DNA from: Rhabdothermincola salaria
Lineage (GTDB): Bacteria > Actinomycetota > Acidimicrobiia > Acidimicrobiales > Acidimicrobilacustridaceae
Length of the DNA: 64,000 bases
Direction: 5' to 3'
Assembly (NCBI RefSeq): GCF_021246445.1
Contig: NZ_JAJQXW010000001.1
Coordinates: 62,001 to 126,000, forward strand
The position numbers were made by a program, and so were the translations under genes. The notes beneath the pieces were generated by a model that was given only the letters and a program-made list of their open reading frames with translations, searched no databases and was not told the DNA's origin. Below, one piece after another: positions 47,326 to 55,903 of the stretch. Position 1 is the stretch's first letter, and each line of letters starts with the position of its first letter.

Positions 47326-48156
47326 TCAGATGTAGTCCTCGAGGCGGGCGATGCGCAGGCCGGCGGCGTCGGCCATGGCCGTGATGGCCTCGAGGTTGGC
47401 CCGCAGGTCGGGCTTGAAGTGGGTGAGGATGATGTCACCCGGCTCCAGCGTGGGCTTCTGGAGCGTCACCACCCCGTCGTCGATGACGCCCATCCACATC
47501 ACGACGGCCTTCTGACCGCATCCCGCCGACACCTGCTTGGTCGTCTCGTTCGACGCACCGTAGGGAGGACGGACCAGGTAGCCCCGCTGGCCGTAGGTCT
47601 GGTCGAGGAGGTCGGCCATGCCGCAGATCTCGCTGCGTTGGCCGTCGGCGCCGAGGGTGGTGAGGTTGGCGTGGCTGCGGGTGTGGGTGTGGACCTTGTT
47701 GCCCAGGTCGATGAGCCGCTGGAAGTACTCGGGGTGGGTGCGCACCGGCGGATCGTTCAGGAACATCGACACGGGCATGCCGGTCTGCTCGATGTACTGG
47801 AGGGCCGGCTCGTCGGCCACGTTGCCATCGTCGATGGTGATGAAGATGACCGGATCGGTGGTGTCGACCGAGTGGATGAGCGGCACGCCTGCCGGATCGC
47901 TGGGCAAGGGTGCGACGGCCGTGGGCGGTGCCGAGGTGGTGGTGGTGGGTGGCTCGGTGACGGGCACGGTGGTGGTGGTCGTCTCGGCGACCTGCGCCGT
48001 GGTGTCGACCGGCACGGTGCCGTCGTCGGTGCGGACGTCGTTGCCGGTGGCCGCCTCGGAACGGCCGATCGCGCCGCTGGCGAGGACCACGACGCCGGCC
48101 AGGAAGACCACGGCCAAGATGATGGCGGCGCGTTGGCGAGTGGTGGAGGTGGTCAC
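47326..48156 (-). CDS. polysaccharide deacetylase (NodB family), membrane-anchored
   Basis: FITIDDG, HTRSH, RPPYG, GDIILTH; N-terminal TM and Thr-rich linker. Confidence 0.9.
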   Translation of the reverse strand: MTTSTTRQRAAIILAVVFLAGVVVLASGAIGRSEAATGNDVRTDDGTVPVDTTAQVAETTTTTVPVTEPPTTTTSAPPTAVAPLPSDPAGVPLIHSVDTTDPVIFITIDDGNVADEPALQYIEQTGMPVSMFLNDPPVRTHPEYFQRLIDLGNKVHTHTRSHANLTTLGADGQRSEICGMADLLDQTYGQRGYLVRPPYGASNETTKQVSAGCGQKAVVMWMGVIDDGVVTLQKPTLEPGDIILTHFKPDLRANLEAITAMADAAGLRIARLEDYI

Positions 48157-48163
48157 GCGGAGG

Positions 48164-48538
48164 TCAGTCCAGTTCTGGAGCGGCGAGGGCGCCGAGCACG
48201 GCCGCAGGGCCGGCGGTGAGTACGGTGAGCAGCACCCGGCGGGTGCCGAGCGTCGGCCAGGCCAGGGTGGCTCCGATGGCATCCGACGCATCGCCGACCG
48301 CCGACATCGCCGCCCAGGGACGCACGGACGTGCCCTGATCGAGTGCGTGAAGCGTACCGGCTGCGAGCGCCAGGTCGCGTGCACCCAGCCCGCGCAGCGC
48401 CACGCGGACCCGTCGGTCGGCCGCCACGTCGCCGAGCCAGCGCCGGCCCATGGCACCGGGGGCGATCACGAGGGCGAGCCCCACGACGGCCCGCGCTGCG
48501 GCGAGCACCCTGACGACCTGGCGATGATCCATCCCCAT
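48164..48538 (-). CDS. small membrane protein (DUF4267-like)
   Basis: Hydrophobic; RGLGARDLAL and DASDA. Confidence 0.7.
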   Translation of the reverse strand: MGMDHRQVVRVLAAARAVVGLALVIAPGAMGRRWLGDVAADRRVRVALRGLGARDLALAAGTLHALDQGTSVRPWAAMSAVGDASDAIGATLAWPTLGTRRVLLTVLTAGPAAVLGALAAPELD

Positions 48539-48686
48539 GTTCTAGGCGTTCGGGCCCTCCGGCGCCCATCGGGTGGGTGCGTGGTCGTGGTGTCGGCGGG
48601 CCCCCTGCCCCCTGCCGGGTTCCCTGGCCCGCCGCCCCGACTGCTATGGTCATCTGCCTGTCGGGCCCCGCGTCCGGCGCCTGAGC

Positions 48687-48763
48687 GGACCCGTAGCTCA
48701 GTTGGCTAGAGCGCTTCCTCGACACGGAAGAGGTCGCTGGTTCGAGTCCAGTCGGGTCCACCA
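48687..48763 (+). tRNA. tRNA-Val(GAC)
   Basis: Acceptor GGACCCG/CGGGTCC, stem CTTCC/GGAAG with loop TCGACAC, encoded CCA; extended -10 TGCTATGGT at 48642-48650. Confidence 0.95.
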
Positions 48764-48769
48764 CCTGAT

Positions 48770-48796
48770 CGAAGGCGCCCCTCGAGGGCGCCTTCG
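48770..48796 (+). terminator. hairpin after tRNA-Val
   Basis: CGAAGGCGCCC-CTCGA-GGGCGCCTTCG. Confidence 0.65.
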
Positions 48797-48967
48797 TCGC
48801 GTGGTCGGAGTGCGGAGCCGGGGTCAGCGCGCGCCTGGGGCCCTGGTGCGGCGGGGACGTCGGGCGGGGGACCCCTCGCCTAGGGTCGCGCTCGCACACC
48901 ACGCCACCGCGCCCCTCCGGCAGCTGTCGCCGGCTGGGGGCCCGATCGTCCTTGGGGGACTTCTCAG

Positions 48968-50095
48968 ATGCTGACGCCGTTCGACGACTTCCCGATCCAC
49001 CAGACCCCGGAGCCCATCGCCCAGACGGTCAGCGCCGATCCGAACCACTACGACCGGTACTTCTTCGACGGCTTCGACCAGGACGGGCGCTTCTTCATCG
49101 GTGGCGCCATGGGCCACTACCCCAACCGGGGGGTGATCGACGCCGCCTTCAGCATCGTGATCGACGGGGTGCAGCACTCGGTGTTCGCGTCGGGGCTGAT
49201 GTCCTTCGACCGGGCCACCACGGTCGGTCCCGTCACCATCGAGGTGCTCGAACCGCTGCGGGCCATCCGTTTCACCGTCGCCGCCAACGAGCACGGACCC
49301 AGCTGCGACCTGGTCTTCCGCGCCCGCACCGCAGCCATCGAGGAGCCCAAGCAGCGCATCGTGCGCAACAGCGTGCCGATCATGGACTACACCCGCCTCA
49401 CGCAGTGGGGCACCTGGGAGGGCACCGTCGACGTCGACGGCACCACCGTCGACGTGGCTCCCGAGTCCACCTTCGGCGTGCGGGACCGTTCGTGGGGTGT
49501 GCGCGGCGTGGGCGACCAGGTCGCCACCAACTTCCCGGGAGGGGCCCCGCAGGTCTTCTGGCTCTGGGCCCCGCTGCACTTCGAGGACCGCTGCACCCAC
49601 CTGGCCATGTTCGAACGGGCCGACGGCACCCGCTGGATGGAGTCGGCCCTCATCGTCCCCACCCTGGCCGGACCCGACGCCCCGACCTGGGGGGATGTCA
49701 CCGAACCCACCGAGGTCGGCGACATCACCTACGACATCGACTGGATCCCGGGCACCCGCGAGATGGCGTCGGCCCGCCTCGGGTTCCGCGACGCCGACGG
49801 TGTCGAGCAGGCCATCGAGTTCGAACGCCTCTTCACCTTCCGGATGCGAGGCATCGGCTACATGCACCCGCACTGGTCCCACGGCTCGCTGCACGGTGAG
49901 CTCGAGGTGGGCGGCGAGTCGGTGCGCCTCGAGGACTTCGATCCCCAGGACCCCTCGTGCATCCACATCCAGACCCTCTGCAAGGTGCGCATGGGCGACG
50001 CCGAGGGCGTCGGCATCCTCGAGCAGCTGGCCTTCGGTGAGCACGGGCCCACCGGCCTCACCGGCGTCGTGGACGGCTACCGCTCCGCCGGCTGA
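48968..50095 (+). CDS. conserved hypothetical protein (beta-rich, possibly AttH/tocopherol cyclase-like fold)
   Basis: 375-aa ORF with strong codon bias; DDFPIHQTPEP, YDRYFF, RDRSWGVR. Confidence 0.75.
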   Translation: MLTPFDDFPIHQTPEPIAQTVSADPNHYDRYFFDGFDQDGRFFIGGAMGHYPNRGVIDAAFSIVIDGVQHSVFASGLMSFDRATTVGPVTIEVLEPLRAIRFTVAANEHGPSCDLVFRARTAAIEEPKQRIVRNSVPIMDYTRLTQWGTWEGTVDVDGTTVDVAPESTFGVRDRSWGVRGVGDQVATNFPGGAPQVFWLWAPLHFEDRCTHLAMFERADGTRWMESALIVPTLAGPDAPTWGDVTEPTEVGDITYDIDWIPGTREMASARLGFRDADGVEQAIEFERLFTFRMRGIGYMHPHWSHGSLHGELEVGGESVRLEDFDPQDPSCIHIQTLCKVRMGDAEGVGILEQLAFGEHGPTGLTGVVDGYRSAG

Positions 50096-50130
50096 GCACT
50101 CCTCGGCCGGGTGGGGCCACGGCGGGCGCG

Positions 50131-50514
50131 TCAGGCGCCCCCGGCCACCTGGTCGAGGGCGGCCTGCAGCTTGGCGCGTGCGTCGGCGGCGACCTCGGTG
50201 AAACCGGGATCGTCCATCAGCTCGCTGGGGTCGACGGCGTCGACACGGGTTCCGCCGTCGACCGCGGCGAGGGTGACGTTGCACGGCAGGAGCAGGGCCA
50301 CGGACGGATCGAGCTCGAGGGCCCGGTGGGCCAGGTGGGGGTTGCACGCCCCGAGGATCTTGAGGGGTGCCCGGTCGACGTCGATCTTGGCCTTGAGCAC
50401 TCCGGCCACGTCGATCTCGGTGAGGACCCCGAAGCCGTTCTGGGCCAGGGCCTCCTTCACACGAGCCTCGGTCTCGGCCATGTCGGTGGGCACGGTCACG
50501 GTGATGGCGTTCAT
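50131..50514 (-). CDS. DUF302 domain protein
   Basis: GFGVLTEID, ILGACNPHLA, LLLPCNV; RBS GAGGAGG. Confidence 0.9.
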   Translation of the reverse strand: MNAITVTVPTDMAETEARVKEALAQNGFGVLTEIDVAGVLKAKIDVDRAPLKILGACNPHLAHRALELDPSVALLLPCNVTLAAVDGGTRVDAVDPSELMDDPGFTEVAADARAKLQAALDQVAGGA

Positions 50515-50541
50515 CGGGCATCCTCCTCGATCCGTTCCAGC

Positions 50542-50557
50542 ATACCCTCCCGGGTAT
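50542..50557. promoter_or_regulatory. CsoR/CstR-family operator candidate
   Basis: ATACCC-TCCC-GGGTAT, 28 bp upstream of the DUF302 start. Confidence 0.68.
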
Positions 50558-50572
50558 TTGTCACGGGGTGGG

Positions 50573-52882
50573 TCACGCCGGGGCCACCGAGACAGGGATG
50601 GCGTTGAGCACGGCGTTCCCCGAGAGCGGATCGAGCTGCTCGCCGTCGGTGAGCAGGTTGCTGTTGACCCCGGGGCGCCGGCCCGCCACCTCGGCGGACG
50701 TGCCCGGCAGGTCGTGCCCCCAACCGTGGGGGAGGCTCACCACGCCCGGGAGCAGCGCATCGGTGACCTCCACGGCCGCCGTGAGCCGGCCCACCCGTGA
50801 GCTCACCGTGGCCGTGCCCCCGTCGGCCAGGCCGAGACGGTCGGCGTCGTCGGGGTGGACCTGCAGCGTGCAACGGAAGCGGCCCTTCACCAGGACCTCC
50901 ACGTTGTGCATCCACGAGTTGTTGGAGCGCAGATGACGCCGCCCGACGAGCAGCAGCGATCCGTCGTCGGCTCGTCCGGCACCCGCTTCCAGGTCGGCCG
51001 CGAGCCGCTGCAGGTCGGCGAGCACCGGCTCGGGCGCCAGCTCGACGCGGCCCGACGGGGTGCGCAGGGCCGCCGGGAGGCGGGAGGTGAGCGCACCGAG
51101 GTCGACTCCGTGGGGGTTGGCCTCGAGCACGTCGAGCGACAGGCCATCCGGGACCTCCCCGAACCAGTCGCCCCGATCGCCGGTGCGGATCATGACGTCG
51201 ACGACCTGGTCGACCGCCGAACGTCCCTCGGGCGCGGCGACGGTGCGCCTGAGCTCCTCGACCGTGCGATCGGCCACGGGAGAGCCGGGCCGGTCGATGG
51301 CGGCCTGGAGGGCGCCGGTGATGAGCAGGTCGTCGATGACGCCAGGGTCGTCGCCGGCCTCCGGCCCGGTGGCGATGAGCGCCAGTCGGGCGAGGATCTC
51401 GTGCTCCTGGGGGGCCTCGGTGGCGAACAGGGGCGGAGACCACTCGGCGTAGTTGCGCACCGCCATGGCGTAGAAGGCCAGGTGGTACTCGCTGCGCTCG
51501 AGCGCCGACGGCGGGGGCAGGATCACGTGGGCGTGGCGCGTCGTCTCGTTGCGGTAGGGGTCGACGCTGACCATGAACTCGAGCTCGCCCAGGGCGGCGT
51601 CGAGGCGAGCGGCGTCGGGTGTCGACAGCACCGGGTTGCCGGCCACGGTGACCATGGCGCGGACCTGGCCCTCGCCGGGGGTGAGGATCTCCTCGGCCAG
51701 CGTGGCCACCGGGAGCTCCCCGCGCACCTCGGGGTGGCCCCGCACCCGGCTGTGGCGGCGACCGACGGCGAACCCCCGGCCGGGGCCGGCGGTCCGCTCG
51801 GCGGTGTGGGCCGGCAGCGAGAACATGGCGCCGCCGGCGCGATCGAGGTTCCCGGTGACGACGTTGAGCACGTCCACCGCCCACGCGGCGATGGTGCCGA
51901 AGCGCACCGTGTGGGTGCCGACGCGCCCGTACACGGCGGCGGTGGGCGACTCGGCGACCTCGCGGGCCATGCGGCGGATCGTGTCGACCGAGACGCCCGT
52001 GCGGGGCGCCACCACCTCGGGGGTGAAGCGCTCGATCGCGGCGCGGAGCTCGTCGACCCCGACCACGTGCTCACCCAGGCGGCCGAGGTCGACGCGGTCC
52101 TCGGCGAACAGCACCTGCACCATGGCCACCAGCAGGTGGGCGTCGGTGCCCGGCCGGATGGGCACCCACTCGTCGGCGTGCTCGGCCGTGGCCGTGCGGC
52201 GTGGGTCGACGACGACGACCTTGCCGCCACGTTCGCGGATCGCTTCGAGGCGGCCCGGGAAGTCGGGGGCGGTGCACAGGCTCCCGTTGCTCTCGTAGGG
52301 GTTGGCTCCCAGGATCAGGAGGTGGTCGGTGCGGTCGAGGTCCGGCACGGCGATGAGGAGGGGGTCGCCGAAGAGGTAGCCGCTCGACACGTGCTTGGGC
52401 ATCTGGTCGACGGTGGAGGCCGAGTAGACGTTGGTGGTGCCGAGGGCCTTCACCAGCGGGCGGTTGTACACGGTGGCGCCGAGCGAGTGGATGCTGGGGT
52501 TGCCGAGGTAGACGGCCACGGCGTCGCGCCCGTGGCGCTCCATCACCCCCTGGAGGCCCTCCGCCACCACCCGGAAGGCCTCCTCCCACGAGACCTCCTG
52601 CCACGTGGCGGTGGCCGGGTCGTCGCCGTGGCGCACCACCGGGTGGCGGAGCCGGTCGGGGTCGGTGTGGAGGCGTTGGAGAGCCGATCCCTTCGGGCAG
52701 ATGAAGCCGTTGGAGAAGGTGTTGGCCCGGTCGCCGCGGATGCGCACCACCTGGCCCTCGCGCACGGTGAGCTCGAGCCCACAGGTCGCCTCGCACAACG
52801 GGCAGGTGCGGTGGTGCACCGAGGTCGACGCGGTCGCGTCGCCGGCCTCGGCCCCGCCGTCGGTCGTCGCATCGATCGTCAT
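50573..52882 (-). CDS. molybdopterin-dependent oxidoreductase (DMSO reductase superfamily)
   Basis: TCPLCEATCG...ICPKG Fe-S motif, GANP, VVVDPRRT, PGTD, RSNNSWMHN, PHGWGH. Confidence 0.92.
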   Translation of the reverse strand: MTIDATTDGGAEAGDATASTSVHHRTCPLCEATCGLELTVREGQVVRIRGDRANTFSNGFICPKGSALQRLHTDPDRLRHPVVRHGDDPATATWQEVSWEEAFRVVAEGLQGVMERHGRDAVAVYLGNPSIHSLGATVYNRPLVKALGTTNVYSASTVDQMPKHVSSGYLFGDPLLIAVPDLDRTDHLLILGANPYESNGSLCTAPDFPGRLEAIRERGGKVVVVDPRRTATAEHADEWVPIRPGTDAHLLVAMVQVLFAEDRVDLGRLGEHVVGVDELRAAIERFTPEVVAPRTGVSVDTIRRMAREVAESPTAAVYGRVGTHTVRFGTIAAWAVDVLNVVTGNLDRAGGAMFSLPAHTAERTAGPGRGFAVGRRHSRVRGHPEVRGELPVATLAEEILTPGEGQVRAMVTVAGNPVLSTPDAARLDAALGELEFMVSVDPYRNETTRHAHVILPPPSALERSEYHLAFYAMAVRNYAEWSPPLFATEAPQEHEILARLALIATGPEAGDDPGVIDDLLITGALQAAIDRPGSPVADRTVEELRRTVAAPEGRSAVDQVVDVMIRTGDRGDWFGEVPDGLSLDVLEANPHGVDLGALTSRLPAALRTPSGRVELAPEPVLADLQRLAADLEAGAGRADDGSLLLVGRRHLRSNNSWMHNVEVLVKGRFRCTLQVHPDDADRLGLADGGTATVSSRVGRLTAAVEVTDALLPGVVSLPHGWGHDLPGTSAEVAGRRPGVNSNLLTDGEQLDPLSGNAVLNAIPVSVAPA

Positions 52883-52948
52883 GGTGTGTCCTCCCCCCTG
52901 CAGACAGTACGCCCGCCTCGCCGCCGCAGCCCCGCGTAACCTGCGGGC

Positions 52949-55696
52949 ATGGCGGACCCCCCTGACGCCCCAGCCACCGAGGCCGCCACGTCGGACGCCC
53001 CGGTGGAGGTCCCCGCCAACTATCCCGCCCACTGGGAGTTCGACGCCGTGCTCAGCGACGGCGGCACCGTCCACGTGCGGCCCGTACGACCCGACGACGC
53101 CGCTCGTATCGAGGCCTTTCACGGCCGCCAGTCGCGGGAGTCGATCTACTTCCGGTACTTCAGCCCCATGCCCCGACTCGGCGCCCGGGAGCTGGCCCGG
53201 GTGGTCAACGTCGACTACGTCTCGCGGCTGGCCCTCGTCGCCCTCCTGGGCGACGAGATCGTCGGTGTGGCCAGCTACGACACCTGGCACGACCGCAACG
53301 AGGCCGAGGTGGCCTTCATCGTCGACGACGCCCACCACGGGCGGGGCCTGGCCACCGTGCTGCTCGAGTACCTCTTGGTGGCGGCGCGGGAGAACGGCTT
53401 CGACGGCCTCACCGCCCAGGTCCTGCCCAGCAACCGCAAGATGCTGGGCGTCTTCCACCAGGTCGGGTTCCAGGTGTCGAGCGCCTTCGACGAGGGCGTC
53501 GTCGAGGTCCACCTCGGCCTCGAGCCCACCGACCGGTCACGTGACCTCATCGCCCAGCGCGAGCAGCGAGCCGAGGCGGCGTCGGTGGCCCGGCTGCTGT
53601 CGCCGAGGTCGATCGCGGTGATCGGCGCCGGCCGCGAGCGGGGCGGCATCGGCCACGAGGTCTTCCGTTCGCTGCTCGGGGGCGGGTTCGAAGGGCCCGT
53701 CTACCCGGTCAACCCGGCCGGCGGCCACGTGGCCAGCGTGCGGGCCCACGCGTCGATCCTCGACGTGCCCGACGAGGTCGACCTGGCCATCGTGGCCGTC
53801 CCCGCCGCCAACGTCCTCGAGGTGGTCGACGAGTGCGGGGCCAAGCGGGTGGAGGGCCTGCTCATCATCAGCGCCGGGTTCGACCAGCTCCCCGACGGCA
53901 CCGAACGCCGGATCGTCGAGCGGGCCCGCTCGGTGGGCATGCGGGTGATCGGCCCGGAGTCGATGGGGGCGCTCAACACCGACGGCGCGGTCTCGCTGTT
54001 CGGCACCTTCGCCGACGTGTCGGTCCGCGCCGGGCGCGTCGGCTTCCTCACCCAGTCCGGCACCCTGGGCATCGCCGCCCTGGAGCACGCCCACCGACTG
54101 GGCGTGGGGATCTCGGCGTTCGTGGACGTGGGCGCCAAGCTCGACGTCTCGGGCAACGACCTGTTGCAGTACTGGGCGGCCGACGACCGCACCGCGGTGG
54201 TGGCGTTGTTCCTCGAGTCGTTCGGCAATCCGCGCAAGTTCACCCGCATCGCCCGCAGCGTGGCCCGCAGCAAGCCGATCGTGGCGGTCAAGAGCGGGCT
54301 CACCCGGCCGCCCCGGTTCTCCGGTGGACCCGAAGGGCTCTCGGCGGCGTGGCCGACCGACGCCACGGTGGCCGCGCTGTTGGCCCAGAGCGGCGTGATC
54401 CGAGTCGACACGGCCGGCGAGCTGTTCGACGTCGCTCGCGTCCTCGAACGTCAGCCCGTTCCCGCCGGCCGTCGGGTGGCGGTCGTGTCCAACGCCCGAG
54501 GGGCGTCGGTCCTGGCCGCCGACGCCTGCATCGGCGCCGGGCTGGCCACGCCGGAGCTGGCACCGGCGACCTTCTCGGCCTTGGAGGGCGTGGTGCCCGC
54601 CGGAGCTCGTCTGGCCAACCCGCTCGAGCTCACCTGGGAAGCGGGACCCGAGGCCTACGAGGCGGCCGTCGGAGCCGTCGTCGCCGACCCCGGCGTCGAC
54701 GCCGTCATCGTGGTCTACGCGCCGCCGGTGCGCCCGGAGCGCCACGACGTGGCCCGGGCGGTGGCCCAGGCCGCGGCCGGTTCGGGCAAGCCGGTGGTGG
54801 CCACGTTCCTCGGCACCGATCCCGGCACCGACCTCGACGGCGGAGAGGTCCTGCCGCTGTTCCGGTTCCCGAGCGAAGCGGCCCAGGTGCTGGGCCGCAT
54901 CGCCGGCTACGGCGAGTGGTTGGCCCGACCCGTCGGAAACCTGCCCGAGCCCGACGAGCTGGGCCTGCACATCGGCACGGTCCGCCAGATGGTGGCCGAG
55001 GCCCTCGACGGACGCCCGGAGGGACGGTGGTTGCAGCACGACGAGGCCTCGGCGCTGCTCGCCGCCGCCGGCATCGAGGTGTGCGCCACCGAGGTGGTCC
55101 ACGACGCCGACGGCGCCGTGGCCGCGGCCGAGCGCCTGGGCTACCCGTTGGTGGTCAAGGCCACCGACGTCGGTCGCTACCACCGGGGCGAGGCCAGCGG
55201 GGTGGCTCTCGACCTGCGGGACCCCGAGGCGGTCCGCGCCGTGTACGAACGCATGCGGGCGTCGCTCGGTGCCGCCATGGAACCGGCGCTCGTGCAGCAG
55301 ATGGCCGGCCCCGGGGCCGACGTGTTGGTGGTGGGCCACCAGCACCCGTCGTTCGGGGCGGTGCTCTCGATCGGCCTCGGCGGCTCGGTGGCCTTCGCCA
55401 CCAGCGACCTGCCGGTGCGGGTCCTGCCCCTCTCGGACACCGATGCCACCGCTCTCGTCGACGCGTCACCCGTACGTGGGGTGCTCGCCGGTGAGGGCGC
55501 CGACGGCGCGGCCCGCGGGGCCATGGAGCACTTCCTCGTGCGCCTGGCGGCCCTCATGGAGCACGTGCCCGAGATCAGCGACGTGATGTTGAACCCGGTC
55601 ATCGTCGGCGACGGCGGGGCCGCCGTCACCGATGCCTGGATCCGCCTGGCCCCGTATCGGGTCGACGCGCTCCAGGACGTCCGCCGTCTGAGCTGA
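52949..55696 (+). CDS. GNAT + NDP-forming acyl-CoA ligase-like fusion (Pat-type protein lysine acetyltransferase)
   Basis: N-terminal GNAT (SIYFRYFS, EVAFIVDDAHHGRGLA), CoA-binding domain, C-terminal ATP-grasp-like domain. Confidence 0.9.
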   Translation: MADPPDAPATEAATSDAPVEVPANYPAHWEFDAVLSDGGTVHVRPVRPDDAARIEAFHGRQSRESIYFRYFSPMPRLGARELARVVNVDYVSRLALVALLGDEIVGVASYDTWHDRNEAEVAFIVDDAHHGRGLATVLLEYLLVAARENGFDGLTAQVLPSNRKMLGVFHQVGFQVSSAFDEGVVEVHLGLEPTDRSRDLIAQREQRAEAASVARLLSPRSIAVIGAGRERGGIGHEVFRSLLGGGFEGPVYPVNPAGGHVASVRAHASILDVPDEVDLAIVAVPAANVLEVVDECGAKRVEGLLIISAGFDQLPDGTERRIVERARSVGMRVIGPESMGALNTDGAVSLFGTFADVSVRAGRVGFLTQSGTLGIAALEHAHRLGVGISAFVDVGAKLDVSGNDLLQYWAADDRTAVVALFLESFGNPRKFTRIARSVARSKPIVAVKSGLTRPPRFSGGPEGLSAAWPTDATVAALLAQSGVIRVDTAGELFDVARVLERQPVPAGRRVAVVSNARGASVLAADACIGAGLATPELAPATFSALEGVVPAGARLANPLELTWEAGPEAYEAAVGAVVADPGVDAVIVVYAPPVRPERHDVARAVAQAAAGSGKPVVATFLGTDPGTDLDGGEVLPLFRFPSEAAQVLGRIAGYGEWLARPVGNLPEPDELGLHIGTVRQMVAEALDGRPEGRWLQHDEASALLAAAGIEVCATEVVHDADGAVAAAERLGYPLVVKATDVGRYHRGEASGVALDLRDPEAVRAVYERMRASLGAAMEPALVQQMAGPGADVLVVGHQHPSFGAVLSIGLGGSVAFATSDLPVRVLPLSDTDATALVDASPVRGVLAGEGADGAARGAMEHFLVRLAALMEHVPEISDVMLNPVIVGDGGAAVTDAWIRLAPYRVDALQDVRRLS

Positions 55697-55739
55697 GTGC
55701 TTCGCGGTGCCCCGGTTGCTGCGCCTGCGGCAGCCGGTG

Positions 55740-55892
55740 AGGTGGCGGGGCTGGAGCGCCAGCGACGCCGGCAGACCGCTGTGCTCCGCGCCGCCATCGG
55801 TGGGGTGGGGCTGGGTCCCCAGTGGGGTGGTGTCAGGTGGCGGGGCTGGAGCGCCAGCGACCCCGCCACACCGCGGCGCTCCGCGCCGCCAA
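55740..55892. repeat. imperfect ~57-bp direct repeat (2 copies) between convergent genes
   Basis: AGGTGGCGGGGCTGGAGCGCCAGCGAC at 55740 and 55835, each followed by ...GCTCCGCGCCGCCA. Confidence 0.8.
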
Positions 55893-55903
55893 CAGCAGGG
55901 CCA

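Noticed and set aside
44702..48763. tRNA-Cys to tRNA-Val segment as a genomic island
   Set aside because: No integrase, no duplicated tRNA 3' end (att) seen, and no evident compositional shift
55740..55892. Direct repeats as a mini-CRISPR array
   Set aside because: Only two copies, the similarity extends into the would-be spacer, and there are no cas genes
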